Made by a program: the position numbers and the translations under genes. Of a stretch of 64,000 nucleotides of DNA, positions 44,185 to 55,888 are shown piece after piece (positions within the stretch are counted from its first letter, which is position 1; every line of letters begins with the position of its first letter). The stretch is from Deltaproteobacteria bacterium. Its GTDB lineage: Bacteria; Myxococcota_A; Polyangia; Polyangiales; Houyiibacteriaceae. The notes below the pieces were generated by a model. It did not search any database. It was not told the DNA's origin and saw only the letters and a list, made by a program, of their open reading frames with translations. The stretch is from contig JAXMNT010000036.1 of NCBI GenBank assembly GCA_034670305.1, forward strand, positions 14,451-78,450, written 5' to 3'.

Positions 44185-45876
44185 ATGCTGACCTGCCTTC
44201 GCGTACACAACCTGGCCATCATCGACGAACTCGAAGTCGAGTTCGGTCCCGGCCTCAACGTGCTCACCGGGGAAACCGGGGCGGGCAAATCCATCCTCGT
44301 GACCGCCCTGCGGCTCGTGCTCGGCGGCAAGGGCCGCGCGGACATGGTGCGGACCGGCGCGACGAAAGCCGAGGTCGAAGCGCTCTTCGAGCTCGGCGAC
44401 GATCCGGACCTGCGGGCCCGGCTGGAAGAGGCGGGCCTCGACGGCGGCGAAGAGCTGGTCGTGCGGCGGGTGATCCAGGCCAACGGCCGGACCCGCGCGT
44501 ACATCAACGGCACGCTCGCGACCGCGACCCAGCTCAGCACCCTCGCGGCCGGGCTGGCGGACATCTCGTCCCAGCACCAGCACCACACGCTCGCCAACCC
44601 GCACTCGCACCTCAACTTCCTGGATGCCTTCGGCCGGCTGCTCGACGACCGGGCCGAGGTCAAAGCCGCCCACACGCTGCTCGTGGAAGCGGCTGCGGCG
44701 CTCGAGGAGTTGAAGCAGCGGTTCCGAGAACGCGCCGACCGCGAAGACCTGCTGCGCTACCAAGTCGGGGAGATCGACGAGGTCGCGCCGGTCGTGGACG
44801 AACGCGAAGCGCTCGAACAGGAGCGAGGCCGGCTGCGGCACGGAGAGCGGCTCGCGACCGCGGCGGCCAACGCCGAAGACGTGCTGTACGCCCGCGACCG
44901 TTCCGTCTCCGAGCAGATCGCCAAGGTGCTCACCAACGTGCGGGACGCCGCCACACTCGATGCCTCGCTCCTGCCCCACGTCGAGTCGCTCGCGGGTGCG
45001 CTCTCACTGATCGAAGACGTGGCCGCGGACCTCGGCAGTTACGCGCGCGACGTCACCGTGAGCCCCCAGCGCCTCGCCGAAGTCGAGGAGCGGCTTCACC
45101 GGCTCCAGCACCTCGAGCGCAAGTACGGCGGCAGCCCCGAAGCGGTCCTCGAGCACCGAGCCCGGGCCGCCGAAGAACTCGAACAGCTGCAGCGCCACGA
45201 GGAGTTCTTGCTGGCCGCCGAGGAGACCCACCAAGCGGCCCTCGAACGCGCGACGAAACTCGCGCGGCAGCTCCGAAAGAAACGCACCAGCGCCGCGACC
45301 AAACTCGGCAAGGCGATCAGCGAAGAGCTGCACACGCTCGGCATGGGCGGCGCGCGGGTGGAGGTGGACCTCGCCCCGCTCGACGGGCGTGGCCCCGAAG
45401 TCGACGGCGCCCGGCTGTCTCCGACCGGCATCGACCGAGCCGAGTTTCTCATCGCGCCGAACGAGGGCGAAAAGGCGCAGCCCTTGGCCCGAATCGCTTC
45501 GGGCGGAGAGCTCTCGCGCGCGATGCTCGCGATCAAACGGGTGCTCGCGGGCCTTGGACCGGCGGGCACCTACGTGTTCGACGAAGTCGACAGCGGCGTC
45601 GGCGGCGCGGTGGCGGAGGTCATCGGCCGCAAGCTCAAGGACGTCGCCGCGCACCACCAGGTCATCTGCATCACCCACCTGGCGCAGATCGCGGTCTTCG
45701 GCGCCGTGCACTTCCAAGTGCGCAAGCAGGTCGACGACGGCCGAACCCGCAGCGAGATCGAACGTCTGACCACGCCACAGCGGCTCGAGGAGGTGGCGCG
45801 TATGGTCGGTGGCGTGAAGATCACCAAACGCACCCGCGCCGCCGCCGCCGAAATGCTCGAACAAGCCCGCGCCTGA
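44185..45876 (+). CDS. recN: DNA repair protein RecN
   Basis: LTGETGAGKS, ASGGELSRAMLA, FDEVDSGVGG, QVICITHLAQIA. Confidence 0.98.
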   Translation: MLTCLRVHNLAIIDELEVEFGPGLNVLTGETGAGKSILVTALRLVLGGKGRADMVRTGATKAEVEALFELGDDPDLRARLEEAGLDGGEELVVRRVIQANGRTRAYINGTLATATQLSTLAAGLADISSQHQHHTLANPHSHLNFLDAFGRLLDDRAEVKAAHTLLVEAAAALEELKQRFRERADREDLLRYQVGEIDEVAPVVDEREALEQERGRLRHGERLATAAANAEDVLYARDRSVSEQIAKVLTNVRDAATLDASLLPHVESLAGALSLIEDVAADLGSYARDVTVSPQRLAEVEERLHRLQHLERKYGGSPEAVLEHRARAAEELEQLQRHEEFLLAAEETHQAALERATKLARQLRKKRTSAATKLGKAISEELHTLGMGGARVEVDLAPLDGRGPEVDGARLSPTGIDRAEFLIAPNEGEKAQPLARIASGGELSRAMLAIKRVLAGLGPAGTYVFDEVDSGVGGAVAEVIGRKLKDVAAHHQVICITHLAQIAVFGAVHFQVRKQVDDGRTRSEIERLTTPQRLEEVARMVGGVKITKRTRAAAAEMLEQARA

Positions 45877-45886
45877 AGGCCGCCGG

Positions 45887-45984
45887 GGATTCGGATTCGG
45901 CGTCGGAGTCGGCTTCGGCTTCGGCTTCGGCTTCGGCTTCGGCTTCGGCTTCGGTTTCGGATTCGGCTTCCGCTTCGGCTTCGG
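45887..45984. repeat. Hexamer array (GGCTTC/GGATTC)n
   Basis: Seen directly, between recN and the next gene. Confidence 0.95.
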
Positions 45985-46022
45985 CCGAAGCCACCCCGGT
46001 CGCTTCTGGTAGAGTCGCGGCG

Positions 46023-47639
46023 ATGCGATCTCTAGCTCGCTCGCGTGGCTTCTGGCTCTCTCTCTTCTTGTGTGGTTTCGCGACCAACGTGCATGCCCAG
46101 CAACGGGTCGCGGTGGAACGGTTCAGCGGTCCCCAGGCCGGGCAGATCCGCAACCTCCTGGTCCAGGATCTCGAGGCGAACGGGTTCGAGGTCGTGGGTG
46201 CATCGGAGGTCCGCGACGCGTCTCGGGAGACCGTGGGCCACACCCGGCTGCGCGACGACGACTACCCGCAGGTGGCCGCCGCACTCCGCGTGGTCGCCTT
46301 CATCGATGGTTCGGTGAGGCGTGCCCGGCGCCGATGGACGCTGCGGGTCATCGTGCGCAACGCCGCCGATGGCATGCGCATCGGCACCGAGTCGTGGGGC
46401 GGACGCACCATCGCCTCGCTGCGGGCGGTCCGGCGCAACGGCTTCACGAAACTCGAGCCCCACCTGCAGATCGCCCGGGCACCCGCCGGTACGGCGGAGC
46501 CAGAGACAGCCCACACCGAAGCGGTGGTGGTCGATCCCAACGCCACCCCTTGGTACGCAGGCGACGGTGACGGCGAGGGCGCGGGGGAAGAAGAGGACGG
46601 GGACGAGGAGGAGGACGACGAACCCACCGACCCCACCGAGGCGGGACGGCTCGGCTACTTCAAGCTCCGGTTCGACGTGCTGCTCGGCGTCGTCAACCGA
46701 TCGCTTCACACGAGCGCCCTCGTCGACCCTCGGTTTCGACGCGGCTCGGCCGGGTTCCCGACGAGCGCGGACGTGGATGGTGACGGGGACCTCGATCTCA
46801 TCGAAGAGTCGCGCGAATACGACAGCCGCGGGCTCGGGCACGGCGAGCTCGGGTTCTCGCTCCAGCTGCACCCGGGCATGTTCTCCGACACGCCGGTCGT
46901 GCCCTGGCTCGGGCTCGTGCTCTCCTACCGGCACTCGGTGCTCCTCAAGTCCGAGGGCTTCTCTTGTTTGCAGGAGCTCGAGCCGCCGGCCGACAACTTC
47001 GTGACCGAACCGGGAGACCCGCCCGTTCGAAGCTGTCCGGCGACCGACACCGTGCCGGTGGCGACGTCGCAGGACGAACTCTTCGCGGGGCTGCGCGCCG
47101 ACTTCAACGCCGGCGACGATCCCGCGGGGCCGTGGATCCGCGTCGATCTCGGCTACGGCATGTTCCGGTTCAGGCTGGACCCAGACGATCTCTCCTTGCT
47201 CGACCGCACCTTGATCGTGCCGCCGATCTCCTACTCGTACATCAACGCCGGGTTCGGCGCGAAGTACGGCTTGCACGATCTCGTGTGGGCGGCCGCGCGC
47301 TTCAACTACCGGTTCGGCATCGGCGTCGGTGACGACGCACGGCGCATCTGGGGAAGCCAGACCGGCGGCGCACGCGGGTTCTTGCTCGGCGTCGACCTCG
47401 ATCACCACATGAAGTACCTGAGCGAAGGCGTGCACGTGACCCTCTCGTTCGACTACTTCCGGTTCACGACCGCGTTCCGCGGCCAGGTCGCATGCGACGG
47501 GGGCAATGGCAATTGCCCCGACTACAGCCTGTGGGAACCCTGGGCGACCTTCGAGAACCAGCTCGCCGGCGGCCTGCACGACGACGTGAAGGACACTTAC
47601 TTCCGCATCGGTTTGGCGATCGGTTACGAGTACAACTGA
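46023..47639 (+). CDS. Secreted protein, probably with a C-terminal outer-membrane beta-barrel
   Basis: Signal peptide (NVHA/QQ); alpha/beta N-domain; acidic linker; amphipathic beta strands; ends FRIGLAIGYEYN (beta-signal-like). Confidence 0.7.
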   Translation: MRSLARSRGFWLSLFLCGFATNVHAQQRVAVERFSGPQAGQIRNLLVQDLEANGFEVVGASEVRDASRETVGHTRLRDDDYPQVAAALRVVAFIDGSVRRARRRWTLRVIVRNAADGMRIGTESWGGRTIASLRAVRRNGFTKLEPHLQIARAPAGTAEPETAHTEAVVVDPNATPWYAGDGDGEGAGEEEDGDEEEDDEPTDPTEAGRLGYFKLRFDVLLGVVNRSLHTSALVDPRFRRGSAGFPTSADVDGDGDLDLIEESREYDSRGLGHGELGFSLQLHPGMFSDTPVVPWLGLVLSYRHSVLLKSEGFSCLQELEPPADNFVTEPGDPPVRSCPATDTVPVATSQDELFAGLRADFNAGDDPAGPWIRVDLGYGMFRFRLDPDDLSLLDRTLIVPPISYSYINAGFGAKYGLHDLVWAAARFNYRFGIGVGDDARRIWGSQTGGARGFLLGVDLDHHMKYLSEGVHVTLSFDYFRFTTAFRGQVACDGGNGNCPDYSLWEPWATFENQLAGGLHDDVKDTYFRIGLAIGYEYN

Positions 47640-47843
47640 GATCTCCGAAGGAGATCTCAGTTGTACTCGCCCTTGCCCGTGCCCTTGCCCCTGCCCTTGC
47701 CCTTGGGTTGTTGGGGGTTGGAGTTGGTCGGATCGGATCGGATCGGATCCAATCCGAATCAGCGCTGCCTCACTCGCCTCAGGAACACGCGGGCAAGGGC
47801 ACGGGCACGGGCACGGGCACGGGTAGCCTCCGCTTCGCTTCGG

Positions 47844-47846
<3 letters not shown>
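47627..47846. repeat. Facing pair of hairpin + hexamer arrays between convergent genes
   Basis: Perfect 20-bp stem with GAA loop at 47627-47669; C-array 47670-47705; (GGATC)n core; G-array 47791-47823; imperfect hairpin 47824-47846. Confidence 0.92.
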
Positions 47847-49718
<1,872 letters not shown>

Positions 49719-49805
49719 AGTTCAGGTCGCGGCGGCGCGCTTCCAAGCCCCGGTTCGCGCATGGACTGCGCCCATCGCGCCCCACCGACCAGCGTGTATG
49801 CTCTT

Positions 49806-50483
49806 GTGGTGCGCATTCCGCTCGCCAACCTCCTGGTCAAGAGTCCGCTGCCCCGAATCGGCGAGCAGATGGAGCGCGTGCGCGCGTGCGCCGCGAAAGT
49901 TCCGCTGCTCATCGAGCACCTGAGCGCGCAAGACCAGGCCGGGGTCGAGCGGCTCGCCAAAGAAACATCGATCCTCGAAGCGGAAGCGGACGAGATCAAG
50001 GACGCCGTCCGCAACGACATGCCGATCCGATTGTTCCTGCCGGTCGACCGCCGGGACGTGCTCCGCCTGATCCAGGAGATCGACGCCATCGCGGACTGCG
50101 CGGAGGACGTGGGGGTGCTGCTGACGCTGCGGCCGCTCCACGTGCCGGAGAACATGCGCGGCATCCTCGAGGAGTTCGTCGCCAGCGTGATGGACACGGT
50201 CGACGCTGCAGAGAAGCTTGTCGGCATGGTCGACCCGCTCGTGAAATCGAGCTTCGGTGGCAAAACCGCGGAAGAAGCGCTGCGTCTGGTCGAGGAGCTC
50301 GGCTCCTGCGAACACCGGGCGGACAAGGTCCAGGACCAGTGTGCCAAGGCACTCTTCCGCGCCGAGGACGAAATGGCGCCGGTCGCGGTGTTCATGTGGA
50401 CCAAGGTGCTGAACAAGATCGGCGACATGGCCAACCACGCCGAGAACGTCGGCGACCAGTTCCGCCTCTTCGTCGCGCGCTAG
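49806..50483 (+). CDS. DUF47/TIGR00153 phosphate-transport regulator (PhoU-like)
   Basis: KSP...LEAEADEIK..LFLPVDRRD..DAIADCAED..EHRADKVQ..IGDMANHAENVGD. Confidence 0.9.
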   Translation: MVRIPLANLLVKSPLPRIGEQMERVRACAAKVPLLIEHLSAQDQAGVERLAKETSILEAEADEIKDAVRNDMPIRLFLPVDRRDVLRLIQEIDAIADCAEDVGVLLTLRPLHVPENMRGILEEFVASVMDTVDAAEKLVGMVDPLVKSSFGGKTAEEALRLVEELGSCEHRADKVQDQCAKALFRAEDEMAPVAVFMWTKVLNKIGDMANHAENVGDQFRLFVAR

Positions 50484-50547
50484 CACAGGTCGCGCGCTGG
50501 CACAGGTCGCTCGCTGGCACAGGTCGCGCGCTGGCACAGGTCGCTAG
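50472..50547. repeat. 17-bp tandem repeat x4.5 overlapping a stop codon
   Basis: GTCGCGCGCT(A/G)GCACAG at 50472, 50489, 50506 and 50523, partial copy at 50540. Confidence 0.95.
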
Positions 50548-50939
50548 CAGGTCGCTGAAAAGCGACCTGCTCCCTTGCCGTTGCCCTTGCCCGTGCCCTT
50601 GCCCGCGTCGTGGACGCCGTGTGTTTCGCGACGGCGAGGCCGCGAATCGGTCGGTGCTACGCGGCGCAGCTCCGCAGCCGCGCGACGCGTAGGAGGTTGT
50701 ATGCGGCGCCGGCCAGGTAGGCGGCGAACTGTGTCTTGCGTCTGCCTCGATACTTCTTGGGGGCACAGCCCCCAAGAAATATCGAACGGGCTCTCGCCCA
50801 CCTCGAGCAGGTCGTCGCGATGCTCGTCGCGCTGATCAAGCGATCTGACCGCTGATCCGCGGGCAAGGGCAAAGGCAAGGGCAGGGGCAAGGGGCAGGCT
50901 GCGAGAACGCCCTGCGGGCGTTCTTCAGCAGCCTGCTAG
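50544..50939. mobile_element. MITE-like IS5-family derivative, copy 1
   Basis: CTAG at both ends; imperfect TIRs CAGGTCGCTGAAAA / CAGGCTGCTGAAGA; internal minus-strand remnant KYRGRRKTQFAAYLAGAAYNLLRVARL resembling DDE transposase C-termini. Confidence 0.75.
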
Positions 50940-52132
50940 AGCAGTGTGACGGCGATGGAGATGAGCACCATTGCGAGCACCGCGGTGAACGGGACGGTGA
51001 CCACCCAGCCGAGCACGATGCGGCGCACCACCGACGTGTCGACCGCGCCAAAGCTCCGGGCGAGTCCGACGCCGATCACCGCGCCCACCAACGTGTGCGT
51101 GGTGCTGACCGGCAGCGCGAGCTGACTCGCGATCAGGATCGTCGTCGCGGTGGCGAGCTCGGCCGCGAACCCGCGGCTCGGGGTGAGCGCCGTGATGCTG
51201 CGGCCGATCGTCTGCATCACCTTGAAGCCGTAGGTCGCGAGCCCGAGCACGATGCCGAACGCTCCGATGAGCAACACGTTGGGCGGAACCTCGACGACCG
51301 TCTGAACACCTTCGCGCACCGCGCCGAAGACGGCCGCGAGCGGTCCGACCGCGTTGGCCACGTCGTTGCTTCCGTGCGCGAACGCGACGAAGCAGGCGGT
51401 GAGTACTTGGGGCGCGATGAACAAGGTCTCGATCGCCGCATCCGGCCCGCCGCGCCGGATCGCGAACCACATCGCGAACGAGCCACCCGCCGCGACGCCC
51501 GCCGCGGCGACCGCGGCCCAGACGATCTCGAGCCGGCTGTGAAGCAGCAAGAAGGAGACGCCGCCCAGGAGCAAGAACGAGAGCGGCGGTGCGACGCGGC
51601 GGAGGACGGACTGCGGACTCGGTGCCCGCAAGATGGTCCGTCGCAGCAACACGAACACGCCGTATCCAAGCGCGCCGCCGAGCGCGGGTGAAACCAACCA
51701 GCTGGCGACGATGCGAAGGATGACGTTCCATCGCACTCCGTCTCCTCCGCCCGACCAGAGCCCGAACCCGAGCACCGCGCCGACGATCGCGTGCGTGGTC
51801 GACACCGGCCACCCACGTGAGGTCGCGAACTGCAGCCAGGCCCCAGCCGCGATGAGGCACATCGTCATGCCGACCGCGACCACGAGCGGGTCGTCCCCAA
51901 GCACCTCGGCCGTCACGATGCCGCCGCCGATCGTCCGGGTAACCCGTCCCCCGAGCAGAAGCGCACCCCCCAGTTCGAACACGCCAGCGACCAGGAGCGC
52001 CCGCCGAACCGTGAGCGCCCCCGACCCCACCGAAGTGCCCATCGCGTTCGCCACGTCGTTGGCGCCGATGTTCCAGGCCATGTAGAGCCCGGCCACCGCC
52101 GCCACCGCCAGAACGATCGTCACCCCATCCAC
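50936..52132 (-). CDS. Inorganic phosphate transporter (PiT family)
   Basis: IGANDVANAMGTSVGS, PVSTTH (twice), HGSNDVANAVGP. Confidence 0.96.
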   Translation of the reverse strand: MDGVTIVLAVAAVAGLYMAWNIGANDVANAMGTSVGSGALTVRRALLVAGVFELGGALLLGGRVTRTIGGGIVTAEVLGDDPLVVAVGMTMCLIAAGAWLQFATSRGWPVSTTHAIVGAVLGFGLWSGGGDGVRWNVILRIVASWLVSPALGGALGYGVFVLLRRTILRAPSPQSVLRRVAPPLSFLLLGGVSFLLLHSRLEIVWAAVAAAGVAAGGSFAMWFAIRRGGPDAAIETLFIAPQVLTACFVAFAHGSNDVANAVGPLAAVFGAVREGVQTVVEVPPNVLLIGAFGIVLGLATYGFKVMQTIGRSITALTPSRGFAAELATATTILIASQLALPVSTTHTLVGAVIGVGLARSFGAVDTSVVRRIVLGWVVTVPFTAVLAMVLISIAVTLL

Positions 52133-52263
52133 GTGGCACTCCGGCTATCAGATCGCGCCGCCACACGCGAACCGCCACACGATCCTTGGTGCTCCGGGCC
52201 TGACTCCATCGACATCGCGCGCCCCCTACGCGCGGCCGCGCCGGAGGTTACCGACCGGCCATG

Positions 52264-52524
<261 letters not shown>

Positions 52525-52552
52525 TCGCACGGAGCGGCTCCGCACCCCCCCC

Positions 52553-52954
52553 TCAGCGCACCACGGCCCGGTCCCCGACCTCCACCGACCCCGCCACCCC
52601 CGCCGCCACTTCGAGCACGTGCGTCGCGACCTGGCACGTCGCCGCCGTCTCCCCCGCCGCGACCCCCAGCGCCACGTCCGTCACCGCCGCGTCGGTCACG
52701 AAGACGACGTCGATCGGAAACGTCACCGTCTCGTTCACGATGCAGACCTCGCCGCGGATGGGCAGCTCCATCCAGAGCCCTTCGGATGCGGGCAGTGTCT
52801 CGCGTCCTCCGAGTCCAAGCCGCCTCTCCGTTTCGCTCCGCGCCACCTCGACTTCGACTTCGAGCCGCAACCCGCCTGCACTGTCCTCGATCGAAACCAC
52901 CGTGACGCCCGCGCAGCCGCAGAGCGAGAGACCGAGCCACACCGCGCCGACCAC
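52553..52954 (-). CDS. DUF192-family protein
   Basis: VEVARSETERRLGLGGR..LPASEG; FPIDVVFV; HVLEVAAG...VGDR; start uncertain. Confidence 0.82.
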   Translation of the reverse strand: MVGAVWLGLSLCGCAGVTVVSIEDSAGGLRLEVEVEVARSETERRLGLGGRETLPASEGLWMELPIRGEVCIVNETVTFPIDVVFVTDAAVTDVALGVAAGETAATCQVATHVLEVAAGVAGSVEVGDRAVVR

Positions 52955-52960
52955 GCGGTG

Positions 52961-53061
52961 GAAGATCCGACGCGGCGAAGCCGAGCGAAGCGAGCAAGCC
53001 GTGTCACGGACGGGGTTTGGGGGCCGTGCCCCCAAGAAGATCCGACGCGGCGAAGCCGAGC
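52961..53061. repeat. 26-bp direct repeats flanking a REP-like hairpin
   Basis: GAAGATCCGACGCGGCGAAGCCGAGC at 52961 and 53036; TTGGGGGC-CGT-GCCCCCAA at 53017-53035. Confidence 0.9.
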
Positions 53062-53088
53062 CAGGCCCGTACCGGCAGGGAAATCCGT

Positions 53089-55563
53089 TCACAGCGACTG
53101 GAGGAACTGGAGCAGCTGTTCGCGCTCTGCGCCGCTGAGCGCCTCGTAGGCGAGTCGAGACGCCTCCGCTTCGCCCGCGTGGCTGGCGATGGCGTCCTCC
53201 AGGGTGAACGCCCGACCGTCGTGCATGTAGGGTGCGGTTGCCCGGATGCCCCAGAGCGGCGGGGTCCGGAACTGACCTTGCGTCGCGACCCCGTCGGCGA
53301 TGCCGGGGAACCCGTCTTCTTGGACGTCGTGCAGGAGCAAGTCGGTGTACGCGAACACCGGCATGCCATCCGCGTCGTCGAGGACCGCGTGGCAGTCGAG
53401 GCAGCCCGTCGCTTCGAAGTGCGTCTCGCCCGCCGCTTCGGCGGCGGCGTCGGTGCTCACGCCGACCGGTTGCGCGAGGTTGGCCATGAAGAAGGTGAGC
53501 TGCTCGAGTTCTTCCACCGTGATCTCCGGATCGGGGATGTCGTCGGAGTCGCTGCCGCCGCCGAGGGAGAGCCCTTCTTGGTCCGGCAGCGTCACCCCGA
53601 GCTCGTTGAACATCGCGTCCCGAGCGAACTCCGCGAGCGAAGGCACGCCGCCCTTCCAGCCGAACCGGCCGAGGCGACCGTCGTCTCGCACGTGGGCGAC
53701 GCCGCTGATGCCGTCCTCGTCCAGGTCGTCCGGGTCGGCCAGCGCGAGAATGTTCGCCTCCGGAATGCCCTCGAGCAGTCCGAGCCCGAGGATCGAGGGC
53801 GTCTGCCTTGCTTCGATCACGTTGGACAGATCGTCGAAGTACGGACGGCCGGCGCCCGGCAACCCGTGGCGGTGCGCCATCGTGCCACCGCTCGGCTCCG
53901 CGAACACACCGCCGGTGACCGTGCCGTGACGAGAGACGTCGAGGTCGACCGGACCGGCGCCCCCGATCGTCGGATCGAAGTGGCAGCTCCGGCAGGCGTC
54001 GCCATTGAACGACGGCCCGAGTCCGCCCGCGATCGGCACGTCTCGATCGAACACCGCGCGGCCGTCGACGAACTGCTGCATCTGGGCGGCGTCGAGCGCG
54101 GCCTCTGGTCCGCCCTCCATGCCAGGACCGGGGACCGGCGCATCGGGCGGCAGCAGCCCTTCGGTGAACTGCGACGCGCCGCCGAGGGAATTGAGGAAGG
54201 CCAAAACCTGACCCCGCGCGCTTTCCGAGAGCGCGATGTACGCGTCCCGCGATGCGGCGGCTTCTCCGCCGTGCATGCGGATCGCGGCGTCGATCGTATC
54301 CGCCCGGCCATCGTGCAGGAACGGACCGCCCGCGCCGACGCCCCAGAGCGGCTGGGTTCGCCACTCGCATCCCGGGCCGCTGTCTGGGCACCCGCTCGGG
54401 TCGCCCGCCCGCCCCATGACCACGCCGTCGGCCAGCTCGGGACCCATGTCGTGCAGGAGCAGGTCGGAGAACACCGGAATGGTGCCGCGCGGCCCCTCGA
54501 GCGATTCGACGTGGCACGAGACACACGCGATCTCATCGAAGGTCGCGCGGCCCGCGAGGGTCTCTTCGGTGGGCGCGTCCGGCTCGGGCGCGGCGAGCAA
54601 CATCGCGAACGAGACCAGGTCGAACAGGTCCTGTTCCGAGAGCTCTGGGTCGCACACGCCGTCGTCGTCCGTGGTGGGGTTGTCGGGCGCCGAAGCCTGC
54701 CCTTGCTCGAGGCCACCGACGTCTCCCGAGAGCGCCGCGGTGCGACGTGTGCTCGGTCCATCCCCACCGCTCGGCACCGGAAGCTGGTTCTTGCGGCTGC
54801 TCGAGAGCGGGTCGCTCGTGATGCCCATGTGGTTGAAGAGGGGCCCTCGGATGAACCCCTCGATGGACACCGTCTGCGACTTGCGACCGAACCGGCCCAC
54901 GAAGCTGCGGTCGAAGTTCGGGCGGCCGCTGATGCCATCGCCGTCTCGGTCGTCCTCGTCCACGTTCGCCAGGATCGCGTCTTCGTTCAGCTCGGCGATG
55001 AGACCGACGCCGAAGAACGGGATCGCGTTCCGGGTCGCGAAGTGGTTCGCCCGCGGGTCCTGTCGCCGGCGGGTGGTCACCGCATGGGTGGCACCGGATC
55101 CAGGCGGCATGCCCCGGACGTCGGTGGGCAGGCCATCCACGGTCTCGCAGAACGGCAGGCTGTCGAGATCCGACCGGACCTCCGCTTCGAATTGGGGCAG
55201 CACGCCGTTGACGCCGAGCTCCACGCGGCTGCCGTCGTCCAACTCCTGGCCCACCAGAAGAAAGTCACGGTAGTGACTCGATGTGCCTCCGAAGGTCGGC
55301 TTCTCGTGGCAGGCGCCGCAGAACGAGACGTTGAAGTGCGGCCCGAGACCATCCGCCACCGAGAAGCGACGGATCGTGACCTCGCGTCCGCGTTCGAAGG
55401 TCGCGCGTTGTTCGGGGGTCGCCGTGGGGAGGATCTCACCCAGCGGTGCGAAGATGCCTTCGGCCGGAAGGGGCGGATCGTCGGTCGGACAGCCGGTGGC
55501 CAAGCACACAGCGGCGAGGAGCGCTGCGGCACGGCCCAGTTTCGATGTTCTCGCTTCGGTCAT
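53089..55563 (-). CDS. Tandem di-heme oxidoreductase (DHOR/DUF1111-like) lipoprotein, 4 CxxCH
   Basis: LATGC lipobox; GLGP.FN..C..CH, GRFG.K, DLLLHD, RT.PLWG, HDGRA each present twice; CGACH, CVSCH, CRSCH, CLDCH. Confidence 0.9.
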   Translation of the reverse strand: MTEARTSKLGRAAALLAAVCLATGCPTDDPPLPAEGIFAPLGEILPTATPEQRATFERGREVTIRRFSVADGLGPHFNVSFCGACHEKPTFGGTSSHYRDFLLVGQELDDGSRVELGVNGVLPQFEAEVRSDLDSLPFCETVDGLPTDVRGMPPGSGATHAVTTRRRQDPRANHFATRNAIPFFGVGLIAELNEDAILANVDEDDRDGDGISGRPNFDRSFVGRFGRKSQTVSIEGFIRGPLFNHMGITSDPLSSSRKNQLPVPSGGDGPSTRRTAALSGDVGGLEQGQASAPDNPTTDDDGVCDPELSEQDLFDLVSFAMLLAAPEPDAPTEETLAGRATFDEIACVSCHVESLEGPRGTIPVFSDLLLHDMGPELADGVVMGRAGDPSGCPDSGPGCEWRTQPLWGVGAGGPFLHDGRADTIDAAIRMHGGEAAASRDAYIALSESARGQVLAFLNSLGGASQFTEGLLPPDAPVPGPGMEGGPEAALDAAQMQQFVDGRAVFDRDVPIAGGLGPSFNGDACRSCHFDPTIGGAGPVDLDVSRHGTVTGGVFAEPSGGTMAHRHGLPGAGRPYFDDLSNVIEARQTPSILGLGLLEGIPEANILALADPDDLDEDGISGVAHVRDDGRLGRFGWKGGVPSLAEFARDAMFNELGVTLPDQEGLSLGGGSDSDDIPDPEITVEELEQLTFFMANLAQPVGVSTDAAAEAAGETHFEATGCLDCHAVLDDADGMPVFAYTDLLLHDVQEDGFPGIADGVATQGQFRTPPLWGIRATAPYMHDGRAFTLEDAIASHAGEAEASRLAYEALSGAEREQLLQFLQSL

Positions 55564-55694
55564 CCGCTCCCCACTCCTTGTTGCATCACACACCGGTGTT
55601 GCCCGGGACCCGCACACTGAGACCAACGCATCAGCAAGAAGGGTTCCATGCGAACTGTGCCACGACGTGCCGCCGGTTCAACACCCGAGTGACG

Positions 55695-55888
55695 CTTGCC
55701 CCTGCCGTTGCCTTTGCCCTTGCCCGCGGATCAGCGGTCAGATCGCTTGACCAGCGCGACGAGCATCGCGTAGCACCGACCGATTCGCGGCCTCGCCGTC
55801 GCGAAACACACGGCGTCCACGACGCGGGCAAGGGCGCACGGGCAACGGCAACGGCAAGGGAGCAGGTCGCTTTTCAGCGACCTGCTAG
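55695..55888. mobile_element. MITE-like element, copy 2 (inverted, internally deleted, one TIR)
   Basis: Reverse complement matches 50544-50663 joined to 50820-~50890; ends in CTAG overlapping the kinase stop codon. Confidence 0.8.

Noticed and set aside
55564-55694. Riboswitch upstream of the DHOR gene
   Set aside because: No recognisable consensus of a known riboswitch class by eye; an Rfam scan is needed.
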